From the NCBI GenBank assembly GCA_023213395.1, contig CM041465.1, positions 246,643,741 through 246,707,740 on the forward strand: 64,000 nt of DNA, read 5' to 3'. This DNA is from Cycas panzhihuaensis. Taxonomy: Eukaryota; Plantae; Cycadophyta. Below are positions 28,581 to 41,346 of this stretch, in pieces (within the stretch, counting starts at the first letter, position 1; each line of letters begins with the position of its first letter). The translations under genes were made by a program, and so were the position numbers. The notes under the pieces are model-generated. The model was given only the letters and a program-made list of their open reading frames with translations. It had not been told where the DNA came from and made no database searches.

Positions 28581-28779
28581 TTCATTTAACCATCTTAAAG
28601 CCCTTTGTCTGCTTAATTTTGGTATCACCTTCCTTAGGTGAAGGTCTCTTCGGTGGCTTTTTTGCCTTCAAAGGCTGTTTAGGTGGCATTGGAGGGTCCC
28701 TTAGCTATCAAGGCTTATTTAGAGCCTACCATCACTCTTATAGCTAGGGTGACTTGGTTTTTGGGCATTACCATGAACT

Positions 28780-29660
28780 TTTGAAGTAAAGTTTTGAAAG
28801 AAGTGGCAGTGGCGAGTTATGTGTTGAGTAGCTCCAGTATCCATAACCCATGAAGAATCACTTGAGGCAACGCCATGTGCAATTCTAAGGGGTTGGGGTG
28901 ATTTAAGATCACAAGTAGCGTATCCACAATAAGGCTCAAAGAATGTAGTGGATTGGTCAACATCTTGAAAAGAAGAGGTCTCTGTAAGAAGGATGTGTGC
29001 ATGAGCAAATTGAGTTCTAGTATGATCATCTTCAAGACAATCATCATCAACATTATGGGCACCACGGCGCTAGTAGTTCTTGTGGGCAGGAACTTGACAA
29101 GTTGTGATGTGGTGTCCTCGTTTGTGACACCTTTGGCACATAATTGTTGGATTACCAGTCTCATACGAAGTACTGGGCTGGTTATTTTATCTCTGATTAT
29201 TGTTTTGGCCTTGGCCTTGAGGTTGTCTTTGTTGATATTGGGGAGCTTGTTGACCTTGAGGATGTTGTCCTTGTCGTATGCCTCTTCTTCGTTTGCGTGA
29301 ATTACCACCTCCACGAGAGGGTGGACCTTGATTTTTGTTATAGAAAAGAGCTTCTTCCACATCAAAAGCGGCATTAAGAGGATCTGATGCAATGGAGAAA
29401 TTTGTATCAACGATCTTGTCAAATTCAATGAACTTGTCGGCGAGGGCCTCAAAGTTTCACTGGATTGAAGACCTCAAAGCAGATTTTTGTAATCCAGGAT
29501 ATGGAGACATGATTGAATCAAGAAAGCCCATGTAATACATTGAGTCTTAAAATCTTTGTCAATGGCTTGCTTGATAGGTCGAAGGAGATTGATTGTTTTA
29601 GTGGCATGCCCCTTTTGCATCTTCAATTTGTTCATCTTCAACACTAGGTGAAAAAATTCC
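28780..29660 (-). pseudogene. gag: Copia gag and protease N-terminal fragment
   Basis: CQRCHKRGHHITTC zinc knuckle; WVMDTGATQH. Confidence 0.8.
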
Positions 29661-30535
29661 AAGTCCGATTTTACTCTTCAAGATGTTTTGCATATTCCTA
29701 CCTTGAAGCAAAACCTGCTTTCCCTGCTCACCCTTGTCTCTTGTGGATTTGATCTGAATGTAACTGCCAATAATCAAACTCTCCATGTCATTCACTCTCC
29801 TTCAAATGGTGTGGTCATGACTGGAATTCTTGATGGCAAACTTTTTCGCCTTGCTGATTCATTGTCTTCTGAAGCCAATTGTGTTGATGACAACTTTGCA
29901 TTGAATACAACCCTGACTCCTCAAAAGCTGTCCTGAGAAGCCTTATGGCATGCTTGCATGGGCCATGTCAAAATTGATTGCTTGAGAGAACTACATGCCA
30001 CCATTCTAGGTGTGCTTAAGTTCTCCTCTAAGGCCTTCAAATGTGAAGCGTGTATCATCGCCAAATCTCAAAAACAACCCTTTCCCTAAAGTCAGTGGAA
30101 ATCTAGCCAGCTTGTGTAGCTTGTACATCCAGACATATGCGGTCCTATGCCCATCCCTTCTCTCAAAGGGAAGTGGTATTATATCACTTTCATTGATGAT
30201 TTTACCAAGAAAGTGTGGGTTGCCTTCCTTGGCAAGAAAGATAAAGCTTTTTACATGTTCAAAGATTTTAATGCCTGTGTTGAGAAAGAATTAGGTTGTT
30301 TAATTAAGACATTTAGGATTGATAATGATGGCAAGTACACGTCCAATGAGTTCAAGATGTTCTTGCATCATCATGTGATCAAACAACAGACTACGGTTGT
30401 AGGCACATCCCAACAAAACAGAGTTGTTGAGTGCATGAATAGAACCATCATGAACATGGCTCGTGTTATGTTGGTGTATAAGAATGTGCTTGCCTAAATC
30501 TTTGGGTCGAGGCTATATGGATTGCCATGCATTAC
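29661..30535 (+). pseudogene. pol: Copia protease C-terminal half, GAG-pre-integrase and integrase fragment
   Basis: DVLHIPTLKQNLLS; LWHACMGH; HPDICGP; YYITFIDDF; QQNRVVECMNRT. Confidence 0.88.
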
Positions 30536-30750
30536 ATCAACACTGTTAGTCCCCCTCGGCTTGGACCTCCTGTTAGGTGGTCTCTTTGGTGGTTTTTTGC
30601 CTTCAAAGGTTGTTCAGTTGGCATTGGAAGGTACCGTAACTGTCGAGGCTTATTTAGAGCCTCACATCGCTCCTATAGTTAGGGTGACTTCGTTTTTGGA
30701 CATTATTTTGAAGAAAGCTCTGATTCTTCTTTCCCCCACTAGCGGACCTA

Positions 30751-30763
30751 GGCAACGAAATTA
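30751..30763 (-). other. Degenerate PBS of G1 (tRNA-Glu type)
   Basis: + strand GGCAACGAAATTA versus G2 GCAACGGAACCA; the differences are C>T/G>A transitions. Confidence 0.65.
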
Positions 30764-30764
30764 A

Positions 30765-31662
30765 TGTTGACATCCCCTCTACCCCTTAGAAGGCACACTT
30801 GTCAAAAGGTCACTTTCTGTTAGGCTAAACTAGGGCTTGTTGTCAACGGATAGATCAATTACGCATAGATATGCCCCATAAGTCCACAATATCACAATAA
30901 TCACAACCTTTTCACAACATTATAATCCATCACAACATCATAAATAAATTAAAGCAACATGTGATGTGGCTTTTCAATGTAACTCATTATTTCATTAAGC
31001 AATATCAATGTTCATATCAATTTCACATCATCATATGGATTTTTTCTGCTAGAACACCATACACTTGGCATCAGTACTAGAAAGCATGCCATAGAACTCA
31101 TATATTTGGCTCTCACACTAAAGCAAATGACATAGGAACGAATAACTTGGCTCTCACGCTAGAGAGAATGACTTATGATCAATTGACTTAGCTCTCCCAT
31201 CTAGAATGGCAAGAGAATGACCCATAAATACCCCATGCATGCCTTTTGGAGAACAATTGTGACCAATAGTCACAACCAACTGTTTTACGTAATGCACATT
31301 CTCTTGATAATTAATTGGCTACTGATTAATGCTTATATTTAACCATTCCAATTAATTGTCCATGTGTTTGTATGGTTTTGGCTATTGTTGGTTTGCAATT
31401 AGCCCATCCTAATTTGTGCATTCCTTGCACATTCCTCATGTGTTCTAGTTTTGGCATTGTTCCATTGTGTGTTCTTGTTCCATAATGCACCCTATCATGC
31501 ATTTCCCAAGAGGTTATTTCCAATGTTGTCTACTAGATTCTTGTGTATTCCATTGCTTGGATGTCTATTGGGCTGAATACTTGCACTCACAATGTCTTAT
31601 TGAATGCCAATTACCATTTGTTCCACTATTCAAATGCACAGGTGTTAGATTTGACCCCAACA
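30765..31662 (-). repeat. 5' LTR of G1
   Basis: TGTTGAC...GACCCCAACA, followed by TSD CATGG. Confidence 0.92.
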
Positions 31663-34600
31663 CATGGCATGTGACTCCTTCAAATCAAGAATTTAAGTTA
31701 AATAATAATATTTAGTAATGAAATTGTTTTTTTCTCATAATTCTAACCAAGTAAAAAATAAAAGGTTCTATATTGTTGGCTAGAAAACAATGGGCAACAA
31801 AGTAGTGAGCCATGAAATTGTGGGCCATAAAGCTAGAAAACCATAGGCTTTAAACCATTTTTATAGTTGAGTTGGGTTCTACCTATGCATTTGCATTTCA
31901 CAATTCATCCTTCAATGATTTCTCTTCTCTCATTTTCTTTTGTGTTTGCAAGTGCTTGGAGTTATTTGGAAGTCATCAAAGAGTTGTGTTGACATTATCA
32001 TTAGTCATTCATCACAATGGCTCTAAATATTTTGGTTTGGTGATAGCTAGAGGGAGGTTCAGATTGATGATTTCTTTCTTTTTTTCTTTTTTTTTTTCAG
32101 TTGAACTAGATGTTTTTATTAATGCAGAATATTACATATAATTTTAACAAAAATTGGGGAGAAAATTGTCAATCTCCTTCATACTTGTGGATGAAACAAT
32201 AGGAGCCAAAGATGACTCCTAGCACCAAAAAGGACAATTTTCATATAACAAACAAGTATCCTTTGCCACTAGGGGTAGTATACCATGCATTGAGAAGCCA
32301 CATTGGGTGGAGTAGAAAAATCACTAGGTAGAGGTTGGCTTGTTTAGCCATTATCATCCTTGTCTAGGCAATCTTCCTTCAAGCTACACATGCTTGATTC
32401 TATGTTGATGGGCTTATGAGGTGGTTGCCTAAAGTGCCATTCTTCTCCCTATTGCGAGTGTTGGCTAGTTTGAGGCCTATGTCTTGGGCTCCCAAGAGGT
32501 TGTAGAGGAGGAAAAACCCATATGTTGAGGGGCATTTACCTTGGGAGCTACTCTGACCCTTAGATCTCATTTAGTGTCTCCCTATATTTTGATTGTGTTG
32601 AGAGAGATTTTCTTTCAAAGGCGTCCCTCTCACAGTGCAAGGGGTTCATCCTTAATGGTCAATAAGTTCACATAAGAATGAAAGCTACACTTGCACCTTT
32701 TTGGCTCATACTAATTTATAATGAGTAATTGGATACTATAGTAGAACACATAACATCAATAAAACACATTGAGGAAGTTTGACTTGCAGAGAGAACATCA
32801 TTCATGTGCTTCTATATGCAATATAAAGTCTCCACTTTGAGAATGCTTCTAGTAGTTACGAAGGTTTGGAAGAAGACTCTATTATTGCCGAATAATGTTG
32901 TATTCCATCCAAATGGTTCATAAATGACAGGATTGGTAAGCTGATCGGTCTAAACCCAAGTAGACTTGGCTAGTTGACACCACTAGAATAGGTGGATAGG
33001 GATTTTTAACTAATCACAAGTGGGATAGGCTAGATTCACATGCCCAAGTTTGGTTGGTCTATATTTGGAAACTAACCTATTATGAAACAACAACTAGATA
33101 AAATAGGCTTTAGTGCACACTCCACACAACCTTTTGAATCATCAAAATGGAATACTCTTATTGTTGGACTATTTCCAAAGCATATTCAACTTTTCACTAA
33201 TTTGCCCTTCCAAGGAAATTGATTTATACATATGGAAGGTAGAAAGTTTGGTGAAAGACTTAGAGTAATTCTATGCCCAAGCCTTCCACCATTTGTATGA
33301 TTCGATATTTATGAAGTTGGAAAATAGTTCCAAATTTCATCCATGATGAGCCTATTCGAGTTCTTAAGCCTAGACTCTTGTTTGATGGTTGGCCATGATT
33401 TCCATTACCCTCTAATATAATCAAATAGTCCCCCAATAATGGCTAAGCCCTTCTTATGTAACCTTATGGTTTTGAACTAGAGTTTTCTTTCTAAGGTAGT
33501 AGATATCTTTCAAGATGATTGTGATCACCAAATCCTAGTGATTTTGGATTGATAACGTGTTTCTCGGTTCCTCTCTTTATACTGTGTTCCTAGGTTCCTC
33601 TCTCTACCACACTAGAAATTTCTTATAATCCTCTAAAGCTCACCCTAAATGGATTTGAAAAATGAGTGATTCAACTTTAATGGGCCTCAGGGAGATAAAG
33701 ATTGTATGGGGGAGTGAGTGAAGCCCTTTTGACCAGGAGGGCAAGAACAAGCTAAATTATGTTTGATAAAGGTCTTCTCGATTTTCTCAATCTCTATAGC
33801 TTTGATAAGCCACAACATACAGAGCCCAACCTTGCTACTTGATGTCAATCATACCCAAACCACCTTTACTCTTGTTGAAGCAAGCCCACACAAGGAATAA
33901 TAACAATTTGATAATAATGTTATATTCAAAGATATCAATAATTAAAATGCAAGTAAATGACAAATGGCTAGTCATTCGGGTGCTAAATAATAAAAAATAG
34001 TCCATGGTTAAAATAATAAGTCATATTTGTTCTTTTAATGCTCAACCCATAAATAAGCATTTATTTTGGAGCTAGCTTCCCAATAATTGAAGCATTTATT
34101 ATTGGGCTCATTAAAGTCGCTCCCTCCTTAAGATACCTTGCCCTTGAAGTATTTTTTTTTATCGCCTTGGACTTGAAAGATTCTTATCTTGAAAGGCTTC
34201 TCCCAGGAAGCATGGGAGATGCAATGTGCATTTTAAGTAACCCATATACATGCCATGCTCAAGATATCACGAGCACTTGGTCTACCTTTGTGTCATTTTA
34301 CATAAGTAACCTGTATGTATGCTCTTCTTTTTCATGATGATGACCTATGTTGGGTGACTTTTATACATGATTTTATGTGCGAAAGATCTTGGGACCTGTG
34401 TGTTGAGGATTCACATTGTGCCCATGAGAATTTGTCCTTGAGATGGGAAAATGACTTAGGGATGAATAGATGAGGTTGGTGTTGACAAGGGGCACAAATT
34501 AGGGGATATAGTTAGGGTTTCTTAACCGTGAGTCAATTAGATGGAGACACATGGGACAAGCAAATAAGTGATGAGATTTGGATTAATGGGCATAGTAGAA

Positions 34601-35488
34601 AATCTATATAGGCAAGAGATTTAGTGGGAGATACTAGAAAAGGAAATCTCAAGGATGGAAATGGGCTGGCAAGGTAATGGAGTGACTGAGAGAGATGGAA
34701 CTTAGGAGTAGGATTTGGGGTTGAGTATGGGGGGTTAGAAGACAATATGGAGCAAGAGGGTATACTTGAAGTGGCATTTGAGGGTGAGATGGTGTTAATG
34801 GATAAGGGGTTGATTAAGGGTAATCATGATGACATGAATTTTTTCAAGTACTAAGCAATAAGGAATATGGCGATTTAACATGGACTTGAGAGTTAAGGTA
34901 TAGTGAATAGATATAAGGTATGTAACGAAGATGTACAAGGAATGAAGAGGGGGATGGGCATGATAAGGGATGAGGATGATGAGAGATAATGGGAATAGCA
35001 GCAAGCATATGAGGGGAATGTGTAGGAGTGTTTGTTGAAAGAATGGCAACAATTAGTAAGATTGATATTTGTTGGGGATAAGAGTAGGGAATGATCTACC
35101 TAGGGGAACAATGATAGAATAAGAGGTAAGTAATGGGGGATACAATGAGTATTCTACACATATAGGAGATGAAGAAAGTTGGGGTGAAGCTTGGAGTGCA
35201 AGTGAACATTGGTAAGCGTTATGTAGAGTGTGGCCAAATTTGGGGAATGGCACCTATATTGAATTATGAAGGGGAAAGTAGATAGTGATGTGGTATGATA
35301 GGAATTGTGTGTGGGCAAACATTAAGGAAGAGGGTTCACAATAGGCATTTTGTAAACATGGAGAGGAAGGACATAAGGAGAGGATATTGAGGTGTAGGTG
35401 TGAAAAGGGAATAGGGTTGGTTTAAGGTACTAATGGGTTTAGGGGATGGCAAAGGTATGGAGACCATGGGGGAAAAAATAGAGAATGA

Positions 35489-35778
35489 GAGTTAGGTGGA
35501 GTGATAGAAATTCTATAGGGGCACCTATCAAGTAGAGAGATATGAAGCAAAATGAGAATGGAGGAAAATGGTGTGTTGTGTTAAGAGTAGGACTTGGAAG
35601 TGGCATATATGAGGAATTGATAGGGAGATGAAGGAGTTAGGTGGAGTGATAGAAATTCTATAGGGGCACCTATCAAGCAGAGAGATATGAAGCAAAATGA
35701 GAATGGAGGATAATGGTGTGTTGTGTTAAGAGTGGGACTTGGAAGTGGCATATATGAGGAATTGGTAGGGAGATGAGG
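35489..35778. repeat. Tandem duplication, 2 x 145 bp, in a purine-rich tract
   Basis: GAGTTAGGTGGAGTGATAGAAATTC at 35489 and 35634. Confidence 0.9.
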
Positions 35779-36384
35779 GTTGTGAATGATGGGTGTTGAT
35801 AAACAATGCACATAAGTGACAAGAACCAATGGAGGGAATATATGGGGGTTGTGCATGATGATGTGGGTGGTTTGTTAGCTCACAATAAGGGATTTTAGGA
35901 GATGAATGGGGAATAAGTGTTAGGCCTTCTTTATTGGAAAGTGGTTTTGATATTGGCATGTGGAGGAGATATGTAGAGTAATGACTAAGGATAACTGAGA
36001 GGCATGATGGAAGATAAGAATGTTGCTTATAAGATGATTTGTGAGGTGGTGAGGAAAAAAACAATGCCTTATAAGGGGAATGAATGTACTTTAATAGAAC
36101 TATGGAACAAGGAGAGTGGGGGTTTAGGAAGATGAAGAGGGATATGATGATGTGTTTTTTTCTTTAGGGACTTCTTAAGGACTCATGGTGACAAAGGAGC
36201 AATGAGGGATGGGTTTTAGGTGGAACCAAGATTTCATCTATGAGAGAATTGGCATTAAGGTTCCTAGGGTATAATTCAACTATGCATTTTTGCTAAGACT
36301 TTTTAAAGCCATGCAACGTGGAAAATCAAGAGGAACGATGAAAGTACCAATTGAAATGAACAAATGCAAAGGATGACTTAGACT

Positions 36385-36695
36385 TATTATGGTAACTTGG
36401 TTGGCGTTGATGTGTGGTTCTTCACCCTTCTTCAATATAGATTCCTTGCTTGATTCATGCACTTCAATTGCTTCCTTTTCAATATACTTAGTAATGGACT
36501 CCTCACCAATATTTTGATCTTGTAGATGTTGCTACAAATGGAAAACATGATGTGGTCTTATTGTAGTAACCTGGTTGGAGTTGATATGTGGCTCTTCACC
36601 CTTCTTCAATACAAACTCCTTGCTTGCTTCATGCACTTCAACTGCTTCCTCTTCAATATGGACTCCTTTCCAATATTTTGATCTTGTAGATGTTG
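36385..36695. repeat. Diverged duplication, ~174-bp period
   Basis: TCTTCACCCTTCTTCAATA...TTCATGCACTTCAA occurs twice (~36420 and ~36594). Confidence 0.8.
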
Positions 36696-38589
36696 CTTCA
36701 CATGTAGCCTCTTCTTTTGTTGGGCTTTCCTTTGTATTGCTAGGTGTTTTCTTTTTGCAGTAATAATCAAATAAATATGCTATGGTTGTATCCCTATCTA
36801 TAGGATGTGACATGGCTTTGTAAAATTGAAGATAATAATTCATGGCAAATTCTAAGTGGTTTGCCATTGTTAATTGTTTGTAGTTTCAATCTTGAATAAA
36901 TGACGCCCTTGAAAAAAATACTATAAAACAAAATCCAATATAGTCTTGTAAAATCCACTCATTTTGAAGGCATTGAAATTAGCTTTCAAATGCCTCTGAT
37001 AAGCTAGAAATTTGATACTATGTGAAAATGTTATAGTTGAAATAATGTAGGCAGGTATTGAAAATTCAATGTAGGTAAAAGTTTGAGTTTTGTGCCCCCC
37101 TTTTGAAAAGACCCAAGTCACACTTTCTGTTCCATATGATCTCCAACGAACAATTTGGGTTTAACACTGGGCTTCAAAATATATTTCAATATAGCAAAAA
37201 ACATTACTCTCAAAAATTCAAAATTTGTTTCGTTTTATAATTTATCCTTGTGGTTTGTGATTTCTCCAATTTCTTGTGCTATGTTGCTTCAATGATGGCT
37301 TTAATAAGTTGTGAATTTACTTTCGTCTATGAGTACTCAAATGTGGGTGAATGCAATTACTTGAATCATATCAAAGCAAGTAGGCAGGTTGCCTACAAAT
37401 ACTTTGCTTGAATTATGTTGATGGCAGCCTAACACATCCCGACTGCATGTGCGGATTTCTAAGTTGGGTAGGTGCATGGTTGCATGCTAATGGTTGTTTG
37501 TTGAGGTCGTCTCGGGGTAGGTCATCTAAAAGTGTCTCCGATATAGTGGGCGAATGTAGTAAAGCTCCCCCCAATGCATGTGTGAGAACACCTTCAAGAT
37601 ACATTGGGATGTTAGGTTCAAACTCGAACTCAAAGTATATTAGATTTGGCCAATTCTGCTATCAAACTTGCATGCTTGAATTTTCAACTTGTAAAGAAAA
37701 TAGTTCAAACGTTCTTCCTCCCCCAAATATTGATGTTCAAATTTCAAATAATATGCACCCAATTGCTTAACAAATCTACATGTTGACGTCTGTAGGCCTA
37801 CATGATGGTTGTTGTGTTGCTTAGTATGTTGCACTTCAACCTCTTATTTTGCTCATGCTTCGCACATAAAAGAGTGATCTACTTGCTATTATCTCCCAAA
37901 TTAATGTGATTTGTAGTGCATGGTTGCCCAATGTAGGTTTTGAAGACATGCACTTATTTCAACAATTGACTACTAAAGTCATTGCTGTGCAAAAGACCTT
38001 GAATAGGAATGATTACCAAGACTTTGGTCACTCAAGGACTTGCACATAAGAGAGGTGTGCTAAACAAATCATCTAAATGGAGAAATACAATTGCAGTGGA
38101 AGAGATTGAGTGAGAGACAAATAGGTACACTAGGGATAGATTGTGATGAGCCAAACAACAGGGAAAAAAATTGCCAACAGGATCAACTCGCTCTAATATT
38201 ATTGAAGTGAGCTTGCTTAGAAAACAATAGCAATCAGATAATAATGTCAGATTTAGTGATAGCAATAATTTGAATATCAATAAATGGTAGATGTCTAGGC
38301 ATTGAAGTGTTGAATAATAAATATTAATTTATGGTCAAAATAATAAAATATCCTTCCTTACGTTGCTCTACTTATAAGTAAGCTTTCATTTTGGAATCGA
38401 CTTCTTAATAATTAAGGTATTTGATATTATTTGGCTCATTACACTTGTCACGATAGTAGATTGGCCATTTAACTTTATTGAATTCCTTTCTATACCCTTG
38501 GCCCCGGTGCCCCTACCCACCCCCCCTGATGACCACGAGTATAAGTTAAGGAGTTAGATCAATTTGTTAAAGGCCAACATTAGAGGGAA

Positions 38590-39006
38590 TCAAGCAGGAA
38601 AAGTAGTACGCATGCTTTGCAATAAGAACCCCTTAGTACAAACTTGAAATCTATAGGTTTGAAAAAGGTGTTTTGATCTTAAATTTGCTAGTATCTTTTC
38701 TATTGTATTCACAACATATTCCCATATCATAGAGTTTTGAAACCTAAATGGAATGCCCAAGGACTTAAAAAATTTCTCTCGATTTGATCCAATTGCACTC
38801 ATATTATGAGTGCCAACCAAGAATGCATTTAGGGGATTAAAGGTAGCATGTTGTCTTTTTGAGACCAAATGAAAGCTTTGGATAGTCTTGAGGGTTTGGG
38901 CTATGCACTTAGGTTTAGCTTTGCTAGTGAGAAATGAATCATCAATAAAGGGGCCATTAATGATATGTCTTTCCATTCCTTTGGTGAGATAAATGCCTTT
39001 GATAAG
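38590..39006 (-). pseudogene. Old LINE RT fragment (left part of an interrupted element)
   Basis: FIDDSFL; FKSLGIPF. Duplicated at 60538-60941. Confidence 0.8.
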
Positions 39007-39009
39007 GCA

Positions 39010-41346
39010 TTGGCGGACAGACAAGATGAGCCACGCTTAAGCAGTGAGGGTGAGGGAAGCCCTTATGCTGGTGATGCAAAATCCTACCAAGAGGAAGGTA
39101 GAACATGCAAAAGATGCGACCGGAATGTGACTAGCCAGAGCACTCGACGAAGGGTGAAACAGGAGGGACAGTTGCAAGCACTAGAAATCGAGGTGAAGGG
39201 CCTTCAAGCATAATTTGGTGAAAGTATAAGGACCGAAATCAGGATGGTAGAGAGGACGTAGCCTTCTTGAAGCAGTTCATGGCTATAGGGGGGAGCTACA
39301 CTCAACAGATTCAGCCCAAACTCAAGGAGCTAGAAACCTATGACGAAGCGAGGGACGACAAGGTCCTTGAGAATTTTTATTGGGATGTGGAGGAATAATT
39401 AGTAGGCATGTTGGGCCTCTCGGATGAGGCTCAAGTGAGAACAATAGCCATGTACTTCACTGGAAGTGCCAAGCTTTGGTGGAAGGCTAGAGCAAAGGAC
39501 AAAGCGGTTGGAAGACGTGTTGTCGAGGTTAATGACTGGGAGGGATTGAAGGCCACATTGAGGGATCAATTTCATCATGGGAACTCTGCATAGGTAGTGA
39601 TCAGAATGGGACTTGCCGGAGCACTTGGCGAAAAGTGGAGGGACAGGTGCAGGCACTAGAAATCGAGGTGAAGGACCTTTAAACACAGTTGGGTGAAAGT
39701 ATAAGGACCCAAATTAGGATGGCAGGGGACATAGCCCTCTTGAAGCGGTTCATGGCTATAGTGGGGGGCCACACCCAACAGATTCAACCCAGACTCAAGG
39801 AGCCAGAAATCTATGATGGAGCGAGGGACGACAAGGTCCTTAAGGATTTTTATTGGGATGTTGAGGAATACCTAGCAGGCATGCCAGGCCTCTCGGACGA
39901 GGCTCAAGTGAGAACAGCAGCTAGGTACTTCACGGGAAGTGCTAAGCTTTGGTGACGGCCAGAGCAGAGTACAAAGCGACTGGAAGACACGTTGTAGAGG
40001 TTAATGACTAGGAGGGATTAAAGACCGCGTTGAGGGATCGATTTCATCTTGGGAACTTTGCATGGATAGCGAGGACAAACCTGTCGAAGTTGAAACATAC
40101 GAGAAAGGTAAGGGGCTATATCAAGGCCTTCATATCTCTGATGCTGGAAATCAAGGATATGTCAAAGCCAGACAGGCTGTTTCGATGCATGGTAGGGCTT
40201 CAGCCGTGGGCTCATAGTGAACTAAGGCGACAAAATGTGGATAACGTCGCCGTTGCTATAACTGCAGCAGATAGGTTGATGGACTTTCAAGAGGAGGGGT
40301 CTAGGAAACCTAGCACGTCTAAGTTTAGGGAACAGATGAGCCACACCTAAGTAGTGAGGGTGAAGGAAGCCCTTATGCTGGTGATGCCGAATCCTACCAA
40401 GAGGAAGGTAGAACATGCAAAAGACGCGATCGGAATGTGACTAGTTGGAGCACTTGGCGAAGCGTGAAACACTTGGAGGGACAGGTGCAGGCACTAGAAA
40501 CCGAGGTGAAGGACCTTCAAGCACAGTTGGGTGAAAGTATAAGGACCCAAATCAGGATGGCAGAGGACATAGCCCTCTTGAAGCAGTTCATGGCTACAGG
40601 GGGGAGCCACACCCAATAGATTCAACCCAAACTTAAGGAGCCAAAAACCTATGACTGAGTGAGGGACGGCAAAGTCCTTGAGAATTTCTACTAGGATGTC
40701 GAGGAATACCTAGCAGGCATGCAAGGCCACTCGGACGAAGCTCAAGTGAGAACAACAGCCATGTACTTCACTGGAAGTGCTAAGCTTTGGTGGAGGGCCA
40801 GCGCAGAGGACAAAGCGATTGGAAGACGTGTTGTAGAGGTTAACGATTGGGAGGGATTGAAGGCCACGTTGAGGGATCAATTTCATCCTGAGGACTTTGC
40901 GTAGGTAGCGAAGACAAAGTTGTCGGAGTTGAATCAAATAGGGAAGGTAAGGAACTATATCAAGGCTTTCACGTCTCTGATGCTGGAAATCAAGGATATG
41001 TCAGAGCCAGACAGGTTGTTTCGATTCATGGTAGGGGTTCAATTGTGGGTTCACACTGAGCTAAGGCGACAGAATGTGGACAACGTCATTGCTGTTATAG
41101 CTGCATCAGATAGGTTGATGGATTTTCGAGAGGAGGGGTCCAAGAAACCTAGCCTGTCTAAGTTCAGGGAGTAGACGAAGACAGGTAAGAAGTCGTTCAA
41201 GCTGAAGACAGGGGTCAAGGGTAAGTGGTCAAGGAAGAAGTCCTCAGGGAGCAAAGGGACTTCAAGAAGCGAAGGTTCGGGGAACCAAAGGAGCTCGAGG
41301 AAGAGTCACCCAATAGATGAGGCTGGGTCGAGCAAACAACACTCTT
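39010..41346 (+). repeat. gag: Left arm of gag-only array: three Galadriel-like Ty3 gag pseudogene units (~39010, ~39597, ~40336)
   Basis: EPEIYDGARDDKVL..FYWDVEEYL; MYFTGSAKLWWRA; WEGLKATLRDQF; VRDYIKAFTSLML repeated. Confidence 0.9.

Larger units (their letters stand above)
8317..31662 (-). mobile_element. Ty3/gypsy non-chromovirus G1 (Athila/Phygy/Selgy-like), internally deleted, with nested insertions
   Basis: Two similar TGTTG...CAACA LTRs, perfect TSD CATGG (8312-8316, 31663-31667), RT-RH-INT on the minus strand, degenerate PBS. Confidence 0.93.

Noticed and set aside
32700-33700. Possible LINE ORF1 remnant on + (IGKLIGLNP-like)
   Set aside because: Too degraded to support without a profile search.
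34105-34230. Possible chromovirus PPT/chromodomain end on the minus strand
   Set aside because: No adjoining pol or definable LTR.
36532-37834. Possible DNA-transposon or host exons
   Set aside because: No catalytic motifs, terminal inverted repeats or consistent reading frame recognised.
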